Shown: piece after piece, positions 1 through 10,622 of the stretch
Numbering within the stretch: the first letter of the stretch is position 1
Layout: each line of letters starts with the position of its first letter
Assembly: GCA_964600755.1 (NCBI GenBank)
Contig: CAZRKQ010000039.1
Location: 421-64,420 of the forward strand
Source: an uncultured Thiotrichaceae bacterium
Lineage (GTDB): Bacteria > Pseudomonadota > Gammaproteobacteria > SZUA-229
Direction of reading: 5' to 3'
Length of the DNA: 64,000 bases
The notes under the pieces: generated by a model
What the model saw: only the letters and a program-made list of their open reading frames with translations
What the model was told of the DNA's origin: nothing
Databases searched by the model: none
Program-made: the position numbers and the translations under genes

Positions 1-1043
1 AGCCGTGCCCAATGATAGGCGAGTGACGATTGCACAGGTTTGCCGTTGCTGACGGCCTTGAATTCTATGCGCTCTTTTTCAGCCAGGGGTGTGGTGAAGA
101 AATCGCAGTTATTGACACGGGCCAGTGGACCGACACGGTACCAGCCATTATCTGCACCAATGGCATCGATGAAGGGGAACTTCATGTAGCTCCAGTTCTT
201 CACGCCTTCCTTGATGTAATCTGCGTAACGGGTGTAATCTGCGTGATCAAAAATAATGTTGCCGTCTTTGTCTGTAGCGCGCAAACCGCCGTGGTAGATA
301 TCAAAGGCGCCATCACTGGCAATCATGCTGAGCATATTGCTGTCGATGGTTGCAAAGGCCATGTGATATTCAAGCTGTTCAAAAAAGATGCGCTTGATCA
401 GCGCGACGGCATCAACACTCCAACTGACGATCTGTTCAATATCTTTCAACAGGTAATCAATTTCTTCACGGTCCAGTGATTTGTTGACGCCGCCGGGAAT
501 TGCGCCGGTACCGTGAACGCGTTTACCCGCAGTGAGGCGGATGACTTCCTGGCCATACTTGCGCAGCAGCACACCCTGTATGGCGATTTCCGGGTGGTCT
601 TCTATTACCCCAACAATGTTGCGATGACGCACTTCATCATCAAAACCGAACAATAAATCAGGCGAGCACAGGTGAAAGAAATGCAGGGCGTGCGATTGCA
701 GCGTCTGGCCGAAGTGCATCAGGCGGCGTATCTTTTCTGCCGTGGGCGTAAGCTTCGATGTACCCACAAGCATGTCGGTCGCCTTGGCGGCAGCCAGGTG
801 ATGGCTGACAGGGCAGATGCCACACAGGCGTTGCACCAGTACCGGCAGTTCCCAGTAGGGGCGGCCCTGGATGAATTTTTCAAATCCACGGAACTCGACG
901 ATGTGCAGGCGCGCCTGCTTGATAAGATTGTTTTCATCCTGCAGCAGTGTGACCTTGCCGTGTCCTTCGACGCGGGTAAGCGGCTCGATCACTACGCGTT
1001 CGAGTTTTTCCGGGTTGTTGGCGGTTTCGAGTTCGTTATACAT
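1..1043 (-). CDS. hoxH: [NiFe] hydrogenase large subunit, NAD-reducing bidirectional type (HoxH); partial, C-terminus beyond window start
   Basis: Minus-strand translation from ATG at 1043 gives MYNELETANNPEKLERVVIEPLTRVEGHGKV...RLCGICPVSHHLAAA (N-terminal RxCGxCxxxH Ni-binding motif); GAGG SD 9 nt upstream; lies downstream of hoxY in the same orientation. Not in ORF track because it runs off the window. Confidence 0.8.
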   Translation of the reverse strand, partial: MYNELETANNPEKLERVVIEPLTRVEGHGKVTLLQDENNLIKQARLHIVEFRGFEKFIQGRPYWELPVLVQRLCGICPVSHHLAAAKATDMLVGTSKLTPTAEKIRRLMHFGQTLQSHALHFFHLCSPDLLFGFDDEVRHRNIVGVIEDHPEIAIQGVLLRKYGQEVIRLTAGKRVHGTGAIPGGVNKSLDREEIDYLLKDIEQIVSWSVDAVALIKRIFFEQLEYHMAFATIDSNMLSMIASDGAFDIYHGGLRATDKDGNIIFDHADYTRYADYIKEGVKNWSYMKFPFIDAIGADNGWYRVGPLARVNNCDFFTTPLAEKERIEFKAVSNGKPVQSSLAYHWAR

Positions 1044-1063
1044 CAAGTGGCCTCATACATATT

Positions 1064-1154
1064 CTATTACCGGTCATTCCCGCGGAAGCGGGAATCTGGT
1101 CTGCCAGCATTTAACAAGATTCAAGCTATAGATTTCCGCTTCCGCGGGAATGAC
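1064..1154. repeat. Two inverted copies of a 24-bp hairpin element (REP-like) in hoxY-hoxH spacer
   Basis: tcattcccgcggaagcgggaatc (1064-1086) and gatttccgcttccgcgggaatgacg (1130-1154) are reverse complements; each contains an 8-bp stem attcccgc/gcgggaat around a GGAA loop. Confidence 0.5.
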
Positions 1155-1188
1155 GTTTGTGGTGTGTTTACAATTTACCTGACTCTGC

Positions 1189-1728
1189 TTAATCATAATG
1201 AATCTGTTCATAGGGGAAGCTGATCGGTTTACCTTCGATCAGTTCTGTCAGGAATGTCCAGATGGTATCGCCTGATGGAGGGCAGCCGGGCAGGAAGTAA
1301 TCGATTTTAACTACTTCGTGTATCGGGTGCACCTTGTTCAGCAGCATGGGTATTTCCTTATCACTCGGTATCATCGGATTATCGACACCAATTCCATCAA
1401 CATAGGATTCTTCAAGACATTCTTTCAAGGTGAAACTGTTGCGCATGGCAGGTATGCCGCCATTGACCGCGCATGCACCGAATGACACCAGGATTTTGCA
1501 GTGCTTGCGAAACTCGAGCAGCACTTCCACGTTCTCGGCATTGGCAACACCACCTTCGATAATGCCGATGTCACAGTCGCTGACGGTTTTGATGTCAGTT
1601 ATTGGAGAACGGTCAAATTCCACTAGTTGCACCAGCTCAAGGATACGCTCATCAATATCAAGCAACGACATGTGACAACCGAAACAGCCGCAGAGTGATG
1701 CAGTGGCGACTTTTATTTTATCGGCCAT
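1189..1728 (-). CDS. hoxY: [NiFe] hydrogenase small subunit, NAD-reducing type (HoxY)
   Basis: 179 aa; MADKIKVATASLCGCFGCHMSLLD N-terminal Cys cluster typical of HoxY/bidirectional hydrogenase small subunits; GCPP motif near C-terminus. Confidence 0.85.
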   Translation of the reverse strand: MADKIKVATASLCGCFGCHMSLLDIDERILELVQLVEFDRSPITDIKTVSDCDIGIIEGGVANAENVEVLLEFRKHCKILVSFGACAVNGGIPAMRNSFTLKECLEESYVDGIGVDNPMIPSDKEIPMLLNKVHPIHEVVKIDYFLPGCPPSGDTIWTFLTELIEGKPISFPYEQIHYD

Positions 1729-1730
1729 GT

Positions 1731-2459
1731 TTACAGTTCCTCGTCCTGTTCGTGGGCGGCAACATCACCGACAACGCTGATTGGTTGCCTGTCATACAGG
1801 CGTTCACCGATGGGTTTGTCGTATCCCTGGTGCTTGGGCAGGATGGCGCCAACCGGGCAGACATGTGCTGCCTTGTCAGTCGCAGCAAAGCTGCTGTCAC
1901 CGAGTTTGCCGCTGGCTGAATTGATCACCAGGCGACTGTTGATGCTGCGGCCGTCGATGGCAAACACATTTTTATGATCAACGTCCCGACTGGCGCGTAC
2001 ACACAGTTCGCACAGGATACAGCGGTTAAAATCTATCACTGTATCTGCATGCGATGCATCCACACTTCTCTGTGGAAAAAAGTGCGTGAAATGCGGTGAC
2101 AACATGTTGGTGTAATAGGCAACAGCCTGCAACTGGCAGGCACCGCTTTTTTCACAGCCCGGGCACACATGGTTACCTTCGACAAACAACATTTGCAATA
2201 ACGCGCGTCGATCACTTATGATTTCATCTGAAGAGTTATCGACTTCGATATTTTCCATCGCCGGTTGCGTACAGGCTGAAACCTGTCTGCCATCGATATC
2301 AACGACACAGACGCGACAGCTGCCATGTGGGGTGAATTCGGGGTTATGACACAGGTGCGGAATATATTCTCCTGACCTTAATGCCGCATCCATAATGGTA
2401 TCGCCATCCTCAAAAGCAATGGTCTTGCCATCCAGTTTGAATGTCTTGTTACCACTCAT
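1731..2459 (-). CDS. hoxU: NAD-reducing hydrogenase diaphorase subunit HoxU (NuoG N-terminal-like 2Fe-2S/4Fe-4S protein)
   Basis: 242 aa; 2Fe-2S ferredoxin N-terminus (CHNPEFTPHGSCRVCVVDIDG) plus 4Fe-4S Cys clusters (CPGCEKSGACQLQ, CILCELCVRASR); 4-bp overlap with hoxF stop. Confidence 0.8.
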   Translation of the reverse strand: MSGNKTFKLDGKTIAFEDGDTIMDAALRSGEYIPHLCHNPEFTPHGSCRVCVVDIDGRQVSACTQPAMENIEVDNSSDEIISDRRALLQMLFVEGNHVCPGCEKSGACQLQAVAYYTNMLSPHFTHFFPQRSVDASHADTVIDFNRCILCELCVRASRDVDHKNVFAIDGRSINSRLVINSASGKLGDSSFAATDKAAHVCPVGAILPKHQGYDKPIGERLYDRQPISVVGDVAAHEQDEEL

Positions 2460-4240
2460 GACTTCGTTCCGATATGTGCGCCGGCATCATCTCGCCCGCT
2501 GATGTCGCGTGCATCCTGCAAGGCTGCATCAAGGTCGAAGGCAGGCTCATAGCCAGCATCGCCGAGGCGGGCCTGGTAAATATGCGGAAATTTTTCCAGG
2601 GTGTCGAGCATGGAGCTTGGCGCGGTTGTCCCCAGTCCGCAATGGCTGCTTGCGCGCATCAGCATGCCGATATTTCGTATTTCTCCAAGGTCATACTCTC
2701 CTGCATGACCAGCACATACCTTGTCGACCAGGTCTTTCATCAAGGAGCTGCCGACGCGACAGGGTGTGCAAAAGCCACAGCTTTCGTGGAGAAAAAAGTG
2801 GGCAAAATTCTGCACCATATCGAGCAGGTCTCTATCCTGGTTGAATACCATGAACGAACCGCCGGTGGATATATCTTCAAAGGCAATACTGCGCCCGAAC
2901 TCTCCCGCCGGGATCGCAACACCGGCAGCGCCGGCAACCTGTACCGCCTGGCTGTTATTTGCACCACAGTCCTGCAGGATATCCTGTATCGAAACGCCAA
3001 ACGGGTATTCATAAATACCGGGCTTTTCACAGTCGCCGCTGATACTGAGCAGCTTGGTGCCAGTTGACTGTTCGGTTCCCACGGAGCGAAACCAGTCAGC
3101 ACCATGAATTGCGATCAGCGCAGCAGCCATGAATGTTTCCACGTTATTCACCACGGTTGGCTTGTTTTGATAACCCTGCGTGACCGGGAAAGGCGGGCGT
3201 ATGCGCGGAATGCCGCGTTTACCTTCCAGCGATTCAATCAGCGATGATTCTTCACCGCAGATATAGGCACCAGCGCCCATATGAATCTCGATATCAAAAT
3301 CAAGGCCATCTTTACCAAGAATGTTCGTTCCAAGTAAACCTGCTTCGCGCCGCTGCTGCAGTACCTGTTTAAGTGGTGCACGCAGGTAACGGTATTCACC
3401 ACGTAAATAGAGATAACCTTTCGATGCGCCAATTACACCGGCACAAAGCGTCATGCCTTCAAATACCTGGTCGGCATAAGAGTCTAGCAGTACGCGGTCT
3501 TTAAACGTGCCCGGTTCGCCTTCATCAGCATTGCATACCACGTAATGTTGATCTGCTTCAGCCTGTTTACATAAACGCCACTTCATACCGGTTTTGAAAC
3601 CGGCTCCACCACGGCCGCGCAGGCCGGATGCTTCTATTTGTTCGAGCATGGCGTCATTGCCTTTATCGATGAGCGACCTCAGGGCATCGCCTTTACTCGA
3701 GTCGTCTGAAAGCAGGATATCGCGTCGCTGGATATTGTCTTCAACTTGAAAGAATTCTTCTGGCCATTGTTTAATGTCAACACCAGACTCAATCAGCCGG
3801 GCGATTGATTCAATACTGTTCTGGTCTAGCCTGGTGACCGTCCAGCCATTAATGAGCATGGCCGGGCCCTGGTCACACATGCCGGTGCAAGAAGTGAAAT
3901 CCACAGTGACACGTCCGTCTTTGCGTGGCTGACCGGGCGTGACTCCGAGTTTACTGCACAGGCTGGCCATTAACTCGCGGCTACCGAGCATGTGGTCGGT
4001 AATGCTGTCGCTAAACAGAATATCGTAGGTGCCGCGTGGCAAATCATGCAGGAAGGAGTAAAAGCCTATAACGCCTTTAATGTGCGCTTCGGTCAATGAC
4101 AGTTTTTCAGCCAGGATCTTGACAGCCTGTAGCGGGATACAGGAGTACTGGTACTGGATTTCATACAGATACTGCAACAAATGATCCGGACGGTTATTTG
4201 TTGAATCTGTAAGACTGGAAAGAAATTCATCAATGCTCAT
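2456..4240 (-). CDS. hoxF: NAD-reducing hydrogenase diaphorase subunit HoxF (NuoE+NuoF-like, FMN/NAD-binding)
   Basis: 594 aa; GRGGAGFKTGMKW FMN-site motif, NADH-binding glycine-rich loop, C-terminal 4Fe-4S motif ESCGFCTPCRVG; N-terminal NuoE-like thioredoxin-fold region. Confidence 0.85.
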   Translation of the reverse strand: MSIDEFLSSLTDSTNNRPDHLLQYLYEIQYQYSCIPLQAVKILAEKLSLTEAHIKGVIGFYSFLHDLPRGTYDILFSDSITDHMLGSRELMASLCSKLGVTPGQPRKDGRVTVDFTSCTGMCDQGPAMLINGWTVTRLDQNSIESIARLIESGVDIKQWPEEFFQVEDNIQRRDILLSDDSSKGDALRSLIDKGNDAMLEQIEASGLRGRGGAGFKTGMKWRLCKQAEADQHYVVCNADEGEPGTFKDRVLLDSYADQVFEGMTLCAGVIGASKGYLYLRGEYRYLRAPLKQVLQQRREAGLLGTNILGKDGLDFDIEIHMGAGAYICGEESSLIESLEGKRGIPRIRPPFPVTQGYQNKPTVVNNVETFMAAALIAIHGADWFRSVGTEQSTGTKLLSISGDCEKPGIYEYPFGVSIQDILQDCGANNSQAVQVAGAAGVAIPAGEFGRSIAFEDISTGGSFMVFNQDRDLLDMVQNFAHFFLHESCGFCTPCRVGSSLMKDLVDKVCAGHAGEYDLGEIRNIGMLMRASSHCGLGTTAPSSMLDTLEKFPHIYQARLGDAGYEPAFDLDAALQDARDISGRDDAGAHIGTKS

Positions 4241-4412
4241 GCGTAAAAGCCCGCTTGATTGACATCAGCAATATATTCATTAGCTCGCCTTGTTTTTTAT
4301 TATTCTGATTCTTCGTTCCTGAAGTATTTATAGAACGAAATACTAACATTTTTATTGTAATATCAAGAACCGAGCTTGTGTGCCTAATTTATACTCTGAT
4401 GGACTATTTATG

Positions 4413-4437
4413 TGTTGATCAGGATCAATCTTGATCC
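4413..4437. promoter_or_regulatory. FNR/CRP-family binding-site candidate upstream of hoxF
   Basis: TTGATcaggATCAA at 4415-4428 matches TTGAT-N4-ATCAA consensus exactly, overlapping a second half-site arrangement ATCAAtcTTGAT (4424-4435); ~175 bp upstream of hoxF start codon on the coding strand side. Confidence 0.4.
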
Positions 4438-4548
4438 GAATTAGTGCGCCTGTGCACAATTCTGCACATAAGTGGATTTGCTCGTCTCCAGCCCGGCGAT
4501 AATGACCAGCGTTGATTATACAGATTTCTTCTGATTTTATCGGCCTGA

Positions 4549-6204
<1,656 letters not shown>

Positions 6205-6270
6205 TTATCTCTGCAGGAAAAGTGTTAGTCGTGAATCAATAAGGCACATTCCATTCTTTAAAAATAATAA

Positions 6271-6397
6271 TTCACCGCAGAGGCGCAGAGGCGCTGAGAA
6301 AGAAATTGGGTTTTGTTTTGCGACTGACACATCATTGCAGTGAGCAAAGAAGAAGTTATAGAAGAAGTTACTGTCTTAACAATATTCCTCTGCGTCT
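6271..6397. repeat. MITE-like repeat, copy 1 (TIR ttcACCGCAGAGGCGCAGAGGCGC ... CCTCTGCGTCTCTGCGGTgaa)
   Basis: Terminal inverted repeats with internal tandem GCAGAGGC GCAGAGGC; left subterminal region ctgagaaagaaattgggttttgttttgcg shared with copies 2 and 6. Confidence 0.6.
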
Positions 6398-6429
6398 CTG
6401 CGGTGAAACATGTGTTTGTCTACGTTTAT

Positions 6430-6876
6430 TCAGTTGTCCTGCAGCACGCGTTCGTCGTATTCCGATTCGAAGAACAGCTTGTGCTTGGCTTCTTCCTTGG
6501 CTAGACCGACGAAGACTTCCTTCAGGTTGCTCTCGGGGATTTTTGCAGCCATGTCGCTGTAAAGTTCGAAGGCGGCGCGTTCTTTTTTCATGGCGACGAT
6601 CAGTGCATCCTGGTAGGAAATATCGTCGCTGGCATCGACTTCAACAAGATAGTCGGAAATTTTCAGGTCCAGTACTTCCTGTTCCGGTGTCAGTTCGCGA
6701 TCGCCGGTTTTTACTGCGAGCAAACGTTCCTTGTGGCGTTTCTCTTCTTCGGCAAATTCAAGCAGCAGTTGTTTCATGCCGGCTTTTTCAGCCCGCCCGG
6801 CAAGGTTTGCATAGAAGTCAGCCGCCTGCTGTTCCTGGTCAATTGCGTAATCAAGTATTTCATCAATGGTATTCAT
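6430..6876 (-). CDS. Rubrerythrin-family diiron protein (ferritin-like, no rubredoxin domain)
   Basis: 148 aa; two ExxH diiron motifs (EFAEEEKRH, LAKEEAKH) in four-helix-bundle spacing. Confidence 0.65.
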   Translation of the reverse strand: MNTIDEILDYAIDQEQQAADFYANLAGRAEKAGMKQLLLEFAEEEKRHKERLLAVKTGDRELTPEQEVLDLKISDYLVEVDASDDISYQDALIVAMKKERAAFELYSDMAAKIPESNLKEVFVGLAKEEAKHKLFFESEYDERVLQDN

Positions 6877-6897
6877 CGGTGTTCATCCCCCTGGTCT

Positions 6898-8709
6898 TTA
6901 TCTACCTGCTTGTGAATCGCTGTTAGTGTATGCGTCCGGGTTGAGGAAACGGTCAATGCCGCGCGCCGCGTGGTGGCCATCTTCGATTGCGCTGATGGCG
7001 TCGGCGATACGGTTGGCAACGTCGCCGCCAACAAAGATTTTTTGCAACGGCGTGTGCTGGTACTCACCCGGAGAAAACTTGCCCCATTCGATTGCAAGCT
7101 GTTCCTGTATCTCTTTGGAAAGAAAGTCGAGATCGCTGCCCTGGCCAATGGCCGAGATGATGCTGTCATAGCTTTGTTCATGCATGCGATCTTCCTGCAG
7201 CACCGGGCGCGGGCGGCCGCCTTTCGGGTCCTGCACCATTTCTGCCTCACCCCACTTGATCGTGACCTGGCTGGAATCCGCTGCGTTGACGATCTCGACC
7301 GGGATTGCCTGCGGTACGATGCTGCAGCCCTCTTCCTGTGACTCGTGGATTTCTTCAGTGTCTGCCGGCATATCGGCGATGCGGCGACGGTAGAGTATAG
7401 TGACATCCGCACCGAGGCGTCGTGAGACACGCGCGGCATCCATGGCGACATTGCCCCCGCCGATCACGGCGACTTTGTGGCCGATACCAGGATCGCGCCC
7501 GCTGGCGACATCGGCGAGTACCTGCAAACCTGACAGCACGCGCGGGTGGTCTTCACCCTGAATGCGCATGCTGGACGGTACCGACAGGCCAGTGGAGAGG
7601 AACACGGCATCGTAGTCCTGCAACAGTATCTCGAAGCTGATGTCTTTGCCAACCTGCGTGTTGTAATTCATGTCGACACCCAGTGAGACAATGTATTCAA
7701 TGTCCTTGTCAAGATCGGCATCCGGCAGGCGATAGCTTGGTACACCGTAGCGCAGCATGCCGCCGGCAGTTTTCTGTGCTTCAAAAACAGTCACAGCATG
7801 GCCTTGCTTGCGCAGGTAATAGGCAGCGCTGAGGCCGCCGGGACCGGCGCCGATGATGGCGACCTTGTGGCCGCTTTCATTAATCTCATCATTAAGTATG
7901 CGCCTGTAGTCATTTGCGTCGACCTGGTCGACGATAAAGCGTTTCAGCCAGCGGATTGCGACTGGCTCACCGAGGATGCCGACCGGGCATACGGATTCAC
8001 ACCTGCGAGTACAGATGCGGCCGCAGGTCGCCGGGAACGGATTGGTACGGTACATCAGCTGCAGGCCTTTTTCGTAGTCACCATCGCGGATGCTGTGGAT
8101 GTAGTCAGGAACATCCATGTGTGCCGGACAGGTGGCAACACAGATGCCGCACTCCACGCAGCGGTCGGCTTCTTTCTTTGCCTGCTCGATGCTGTAGCCT
8201 TTAGCGACTTCATCAAACGACTGTACGCTATCCTCCGGCGACAGCATCTCCATTTCGATGCGTTTGGGCGGGTAAAGGTGATAGTCATCCGCACGGCGGT
8301 AGCCATGCTCATTGTCCTGCCAGGGCTTGTCATCCACGCCCGCGGTGAAATGGAACTCGTCCGGGTCTTCGGTAAACCAGGCGTATTCATTGCTCATGCG
8401 CAACGAGGCTGCAGTACAGATGTCCACGCACAGGCCGCACCAGCAGCAGCGGCCATAATCGAAGCGCGGACGCAGGCCGCTGTCACCCGGGCGGCCTTCA
8501 AATTCTTCCACCGCTACCATATCGATGGCGTGGTTCTGGCAGATCGTGTGGCAACTGCCACAACCGATGCATTTTTCTGTAACGTTAATATGAAATCCGC
8601 GATAAGCCGGCGCGCCGGGCCGGTCGATGGTCGGGCGCATCGAGGTGTAGGGTTTCTCGAAGGCGCGCTGCCAGACAAAGAAGGGCGATAACAGGTCTCT
8701 TAAATTCAT
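6898..8709 (-). CDS. Fusion protein: NuoI/MbxN-like 2x[4Fe-4S] ferredoxin domain + additional 2x[4Fe-4S] + GltD/SudA-like FAD/NAD(P)H-binding oxidoreductase
   Basis: 603 aa; N-terminus CIGCGSCHTICQNHAI...CCWCGLCVDICTAASL (NuoI-type CxxCxxCxxxC pairs); second pair CVECGICVATCPAH / CGRICTRRCESVCPVG; then VAIIGAGPGGLSAAYYL and KVAVIGGGNVAMDAA dinucleotide-binding motifs typical of glutamate synthase small-subunit family. Confidence 0.7.
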   Translation of the reverse strand: MNLRDLLSPFFVWQRAFEKPYTSMRPTIDRPGAPAYRGFHINVTEKCIGCGSCHTICQNHAIDMVAVEEFEGRPGDSGLRPRFDYGRCCWCGLCVDICTAASLRMSNEYAWFTEDPDEFHFTAGVDDKPWQDNEHGYRRADDYHLYPPKRIEMEMLSPEDSVQSFDEVAKGYSIEQAKKEADRCVECGICVATCPAHMDVPDYIHSIRDGDYEKGLQLMYRTNPFPATCGRICTRRCESVCPVGILGEPVAIRWLKRFIVDQVDANDYRRILNDEINESGHKVAIIGAGPGGLSAAYYLRKQGHAVTVFEAQKTAGGMLRYGVPSYRLPDADLDKDIEYIVSLGVDMNYNTQVGKDISFEILLQDYDAVFLSTGLSVPSSMRIQGEDHPRVLSGLQVLADVASGRDPGIGHKVAVIGGGNVAMDAARVSRRLGADVTILYRRRIADMPADTEEIHESQEEGCSIVPQAIPVEIVNAADSSQVTIKWGEAEMVQDPKGGRPRPVLQEDRMHEQSYDSIISAIGQGSDLDFLSKEIQEQLAIEWGKFSPGEYQHTPLQKIFVGGDVANRIADAISAIEDGHHAARGIDRFLNPDAYTNSDSQAGR

Positions 8710-8747
8710 TGCATGACTCGTCTGAATACTGTGTTTGAAAAAACTAT

Positions 8748-8881
8748 TTCACCGCAGAGGCGCAGAGGCACTGAGAAAGATGTTGGTTTTTGTATTGCGG
8801 CCGACAGAACAGAGCAGCAAACAGATGTGAAATTACAATCGTATATAGCATTTCTCTGCGTCTCTGCGCCTCTGCGGTTAA
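8748..8881. repeat. MITE-like repeat, copy 2 (sits in the gap between NuoD-like gene and NuoI-GltD fusion gene)
   Basis: ttcACCGCAGAGGCGCAGAGGCAC ... CTCTGCGTCTCTGCGCCTCTGCGGTtaa; subterminal ctgagaaagatgttggtttttgtattgcgg homologous to copy 1. Confidence 0.6.
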
Positions 8882-8893
8882 TCATTTCATTCA

Positions 8894-10063
8894 TTAGCGT
8901 TCGATCTCCGGTGGATAGGTATGCAGCGATACCATCAGGCCGGCGATATCGGCGATGTTGGTGCCGCGCGCCAGGCGTTCCATCACGGCGATGGCGTGGG
9001 TGTAGCTGGGGCCGCGCACGTGTACGCGTCGTACATACTCGGTACCATCAGACACCATGTAGTAAGCGTACTCACCGCGGGTACACTCCGCCTTGACGTA
9101 GGTTTCGCCGGTCGGGATTTTCCAGTGCAGCACGTTGGGCATGTCTGCCTGGAACGGGCCGTCAGTCGGGGTATGGTCGAGGCACTGGCGGATCAGGCTG
9201 ATGCTCTGGCGGGTCTCCTGCAATCGACAGTAGGCGCGGCCGTAGGCATCGGACTCGTTGCCGCTGACAATATCGAAATCGAGCTGGTCATAGGCCAGGT
9301 AGGGCTCGTCCTTGCGCAGGTCGCGGGCGAAGCCGCAGGCGCGTGCATTGGGGCCGACAATGCCGTAGGGGTCGATCATGTCCGGCGTGATGATGCCAAG
9401 GCCTTTTGAGCGTGCCTTGAACACCGCGTTGTTGAACATCACGCGCTCGACCTGGTCGAGCAGCTTTTCGGCACCATCCATAATTTCACGTGCGCGTTGC
9501 TCGAATCCGTCCGGCAGACCGGCACGAACGCCGCCGGGCACGATATACATGTGGTAGATGCGGGCACCGGTCATTTCCTCGAACAGGTCAAGCACGTAGT
9601 CGCGATAGGCCAGGGTCCAGTTGGGCACAGTGTACTGGCCGAAAGCGCTGGCGAGACCACCTATCCACATCAGGAAGCTGGCGAGACGCATCAGCTCCAG
9701 GTTCATGGTGCGCAGCCAGACCGCGCGTTCCGGTACCTCGATGCCGCTGAGTTCCTCGACCGCGGCGGAGTACAGGTACTCGTTGAAAGTCGGTTCGGGT
9801 ACCGCGATGCGGCACACCACGGTGAAGTTCTGGATGTAGGTGCGCCTTTCCATCAGCTTTTCGAAACCACGGTGCAGGTAACCAACATGGGTCTTGCACT
9901 CGATAATAGTGTCACCGTCCAGCACCAGTTCCAGCGACATGTTGCCGGTTATGCCCGGGTGTTGTGGGCCTTGCCACAGCTTGACGTATTTACCCGAAGA
10001 CAGGTCAACCGGTTCGGGTTGCGGGAAATCCAGCGAGGCGGAATGGCCGGTTGACTGCGTCAT
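8894..10063 (-). CDS. NuoD / group-4 [NiFe] hydrogenase large-subunit homolog lacking Ni-binding cysteines (MbxL/Ehr-like)
   Basis: 389 aa; GPQHPG signature near N-terminus; no N-terminal RxCGxC and no C-terminal DPCxxC motifs (C-terminus ...GLMVSLHTYPPEIER); 4-bp overlap with upstream NuoC-like gene. Confidence 0.75.
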   Translation of the reverse strand: MTQSTGHSASLDFPQPEPVDLSSGKYVKLWQGPQHPGITGNMSLELVLDGDTIIECKTHVGYLHRGFEKLMERRTYIQNFTVVCRIAVPEPTFNEYLYSAAVEELSGIEVPERAVWLRTMNLELMRLASFLMWIGGLASAFGQYTVPNWTLAYRDYVLDLFEEMTGARIYHMYIVPGGVRAGLPDGFEQRAREIMDGAEKLLDQVERVMFNNAVFKARSKGLGIITPDMIDPYGIVGPNARACGFARDLRKDEPYLAYDQLDFDIVSGNESDAYGRAYCRLQETRQSISLIRQCLDHTPTDGPFQADMPNVLHWKIPTGETYVKAECTRGEYAYYMVSDGTEYVRRVHVRGPSYTHAIAVMERLARGTNIADIAGLMVSLHTYPPEIER

Positions 10064-10602
10064 TGTTCATCGCCTCCTCGGTTCGGGTACAGGTTTACTT
10101 TCATGTGTTCACGCGGCTCTTCACTGGAACGGCCCTCGCGGTGGCCGAAGCGTTCCTCGCTGAATTTCTTGGTATCGAACTCACGCCGCATCGGCGGGAT
10201 CTGGTCCCAGCCTTCCAGTACAAAATCCTCGTCCTGACGCGGGCTGCCAGGAAAGCGGATACCGTACGCCTCGCGCAGTTCACGCTGGTAGGTCCAGGCC
10301 TGGGCCCACAGGTGATGGATGGATACCATGTCTTCGCCATCGCGGCCGATATCAACATGAATGCTCAAGCTGTCTTTCCTGTCGTAGTTGTGCAGCATGT
10401 ATACCACGGTGAAGAGGCTGTCCTCGATGTAGTCGATGACGGTCATGAAATTGAGGTGCGTGTAACCTTCGCGGTCGCGCAATTCGCGGATCAGCGTCTC
10501 GGTCTTGTCTTTCGCCACTTTCAGTGTGGTCAGGCCGGGCTTAAGCTCGGTGATGTTGGTAACACCGAATTCGCGTTCCAGTCTTTCAAACATTGCACTC
10601 AT
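10060..10602 (-). CDS. NuoC (30 kDa subunit)-like protein (MbxK-like)
   Basis: 180 aa; position and size between NuoB- and NuoD-like genes; NuoC-type fold sequence features. Confidence 0.6.
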   Translation of the reverse strand: MSAMFERLEREFGVTNITELKPGLTTLKVAKDKTETLIRELRDREGYTHLNFMTVIDYIEDSLFTVVYMLHNYDRKDSLSIHVDIGRDGEDMVSIHHLWAQAWTYQRELREAYGIRFPGSPRQDEDFVLEGWDQIPPMRREFDTKKFSEERFGHREGRSSEEPREHMKVNLYPNRGGDEQ

Positions 10603-10622
10603 ATTTGTTCAGCCGTTGTTTG

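Noticed and set aside
30-1223. Plus-strand ORFs 30..479 and 672..1223 (and 871..1131)
   Set aside because: They are antisense to a clearly recognisable HoxH large-subunit reading frame on the minus strand, with no motifs of their own, so they read as shadow ORFs.
2474-3105. Several + and - ORFs (2474..3067, 2509..2844, 2721..3014, 2740..3105) inside hoxF
   Set aside because: They lie in alternative frames of a strongly supported HoxF coding sequence and have low-complexity, Arg/Ser-rich translations.
8894-10063. Calling the NuoD-like protein a [NiFe] hydrogenase catalytic subunit
   Set aside because: Both N-terminal RxCGxC and C-terminal DPCxxC ligand motifs are missing, so it is a NuoD/MbxL-type non-hydrogenase homolog.
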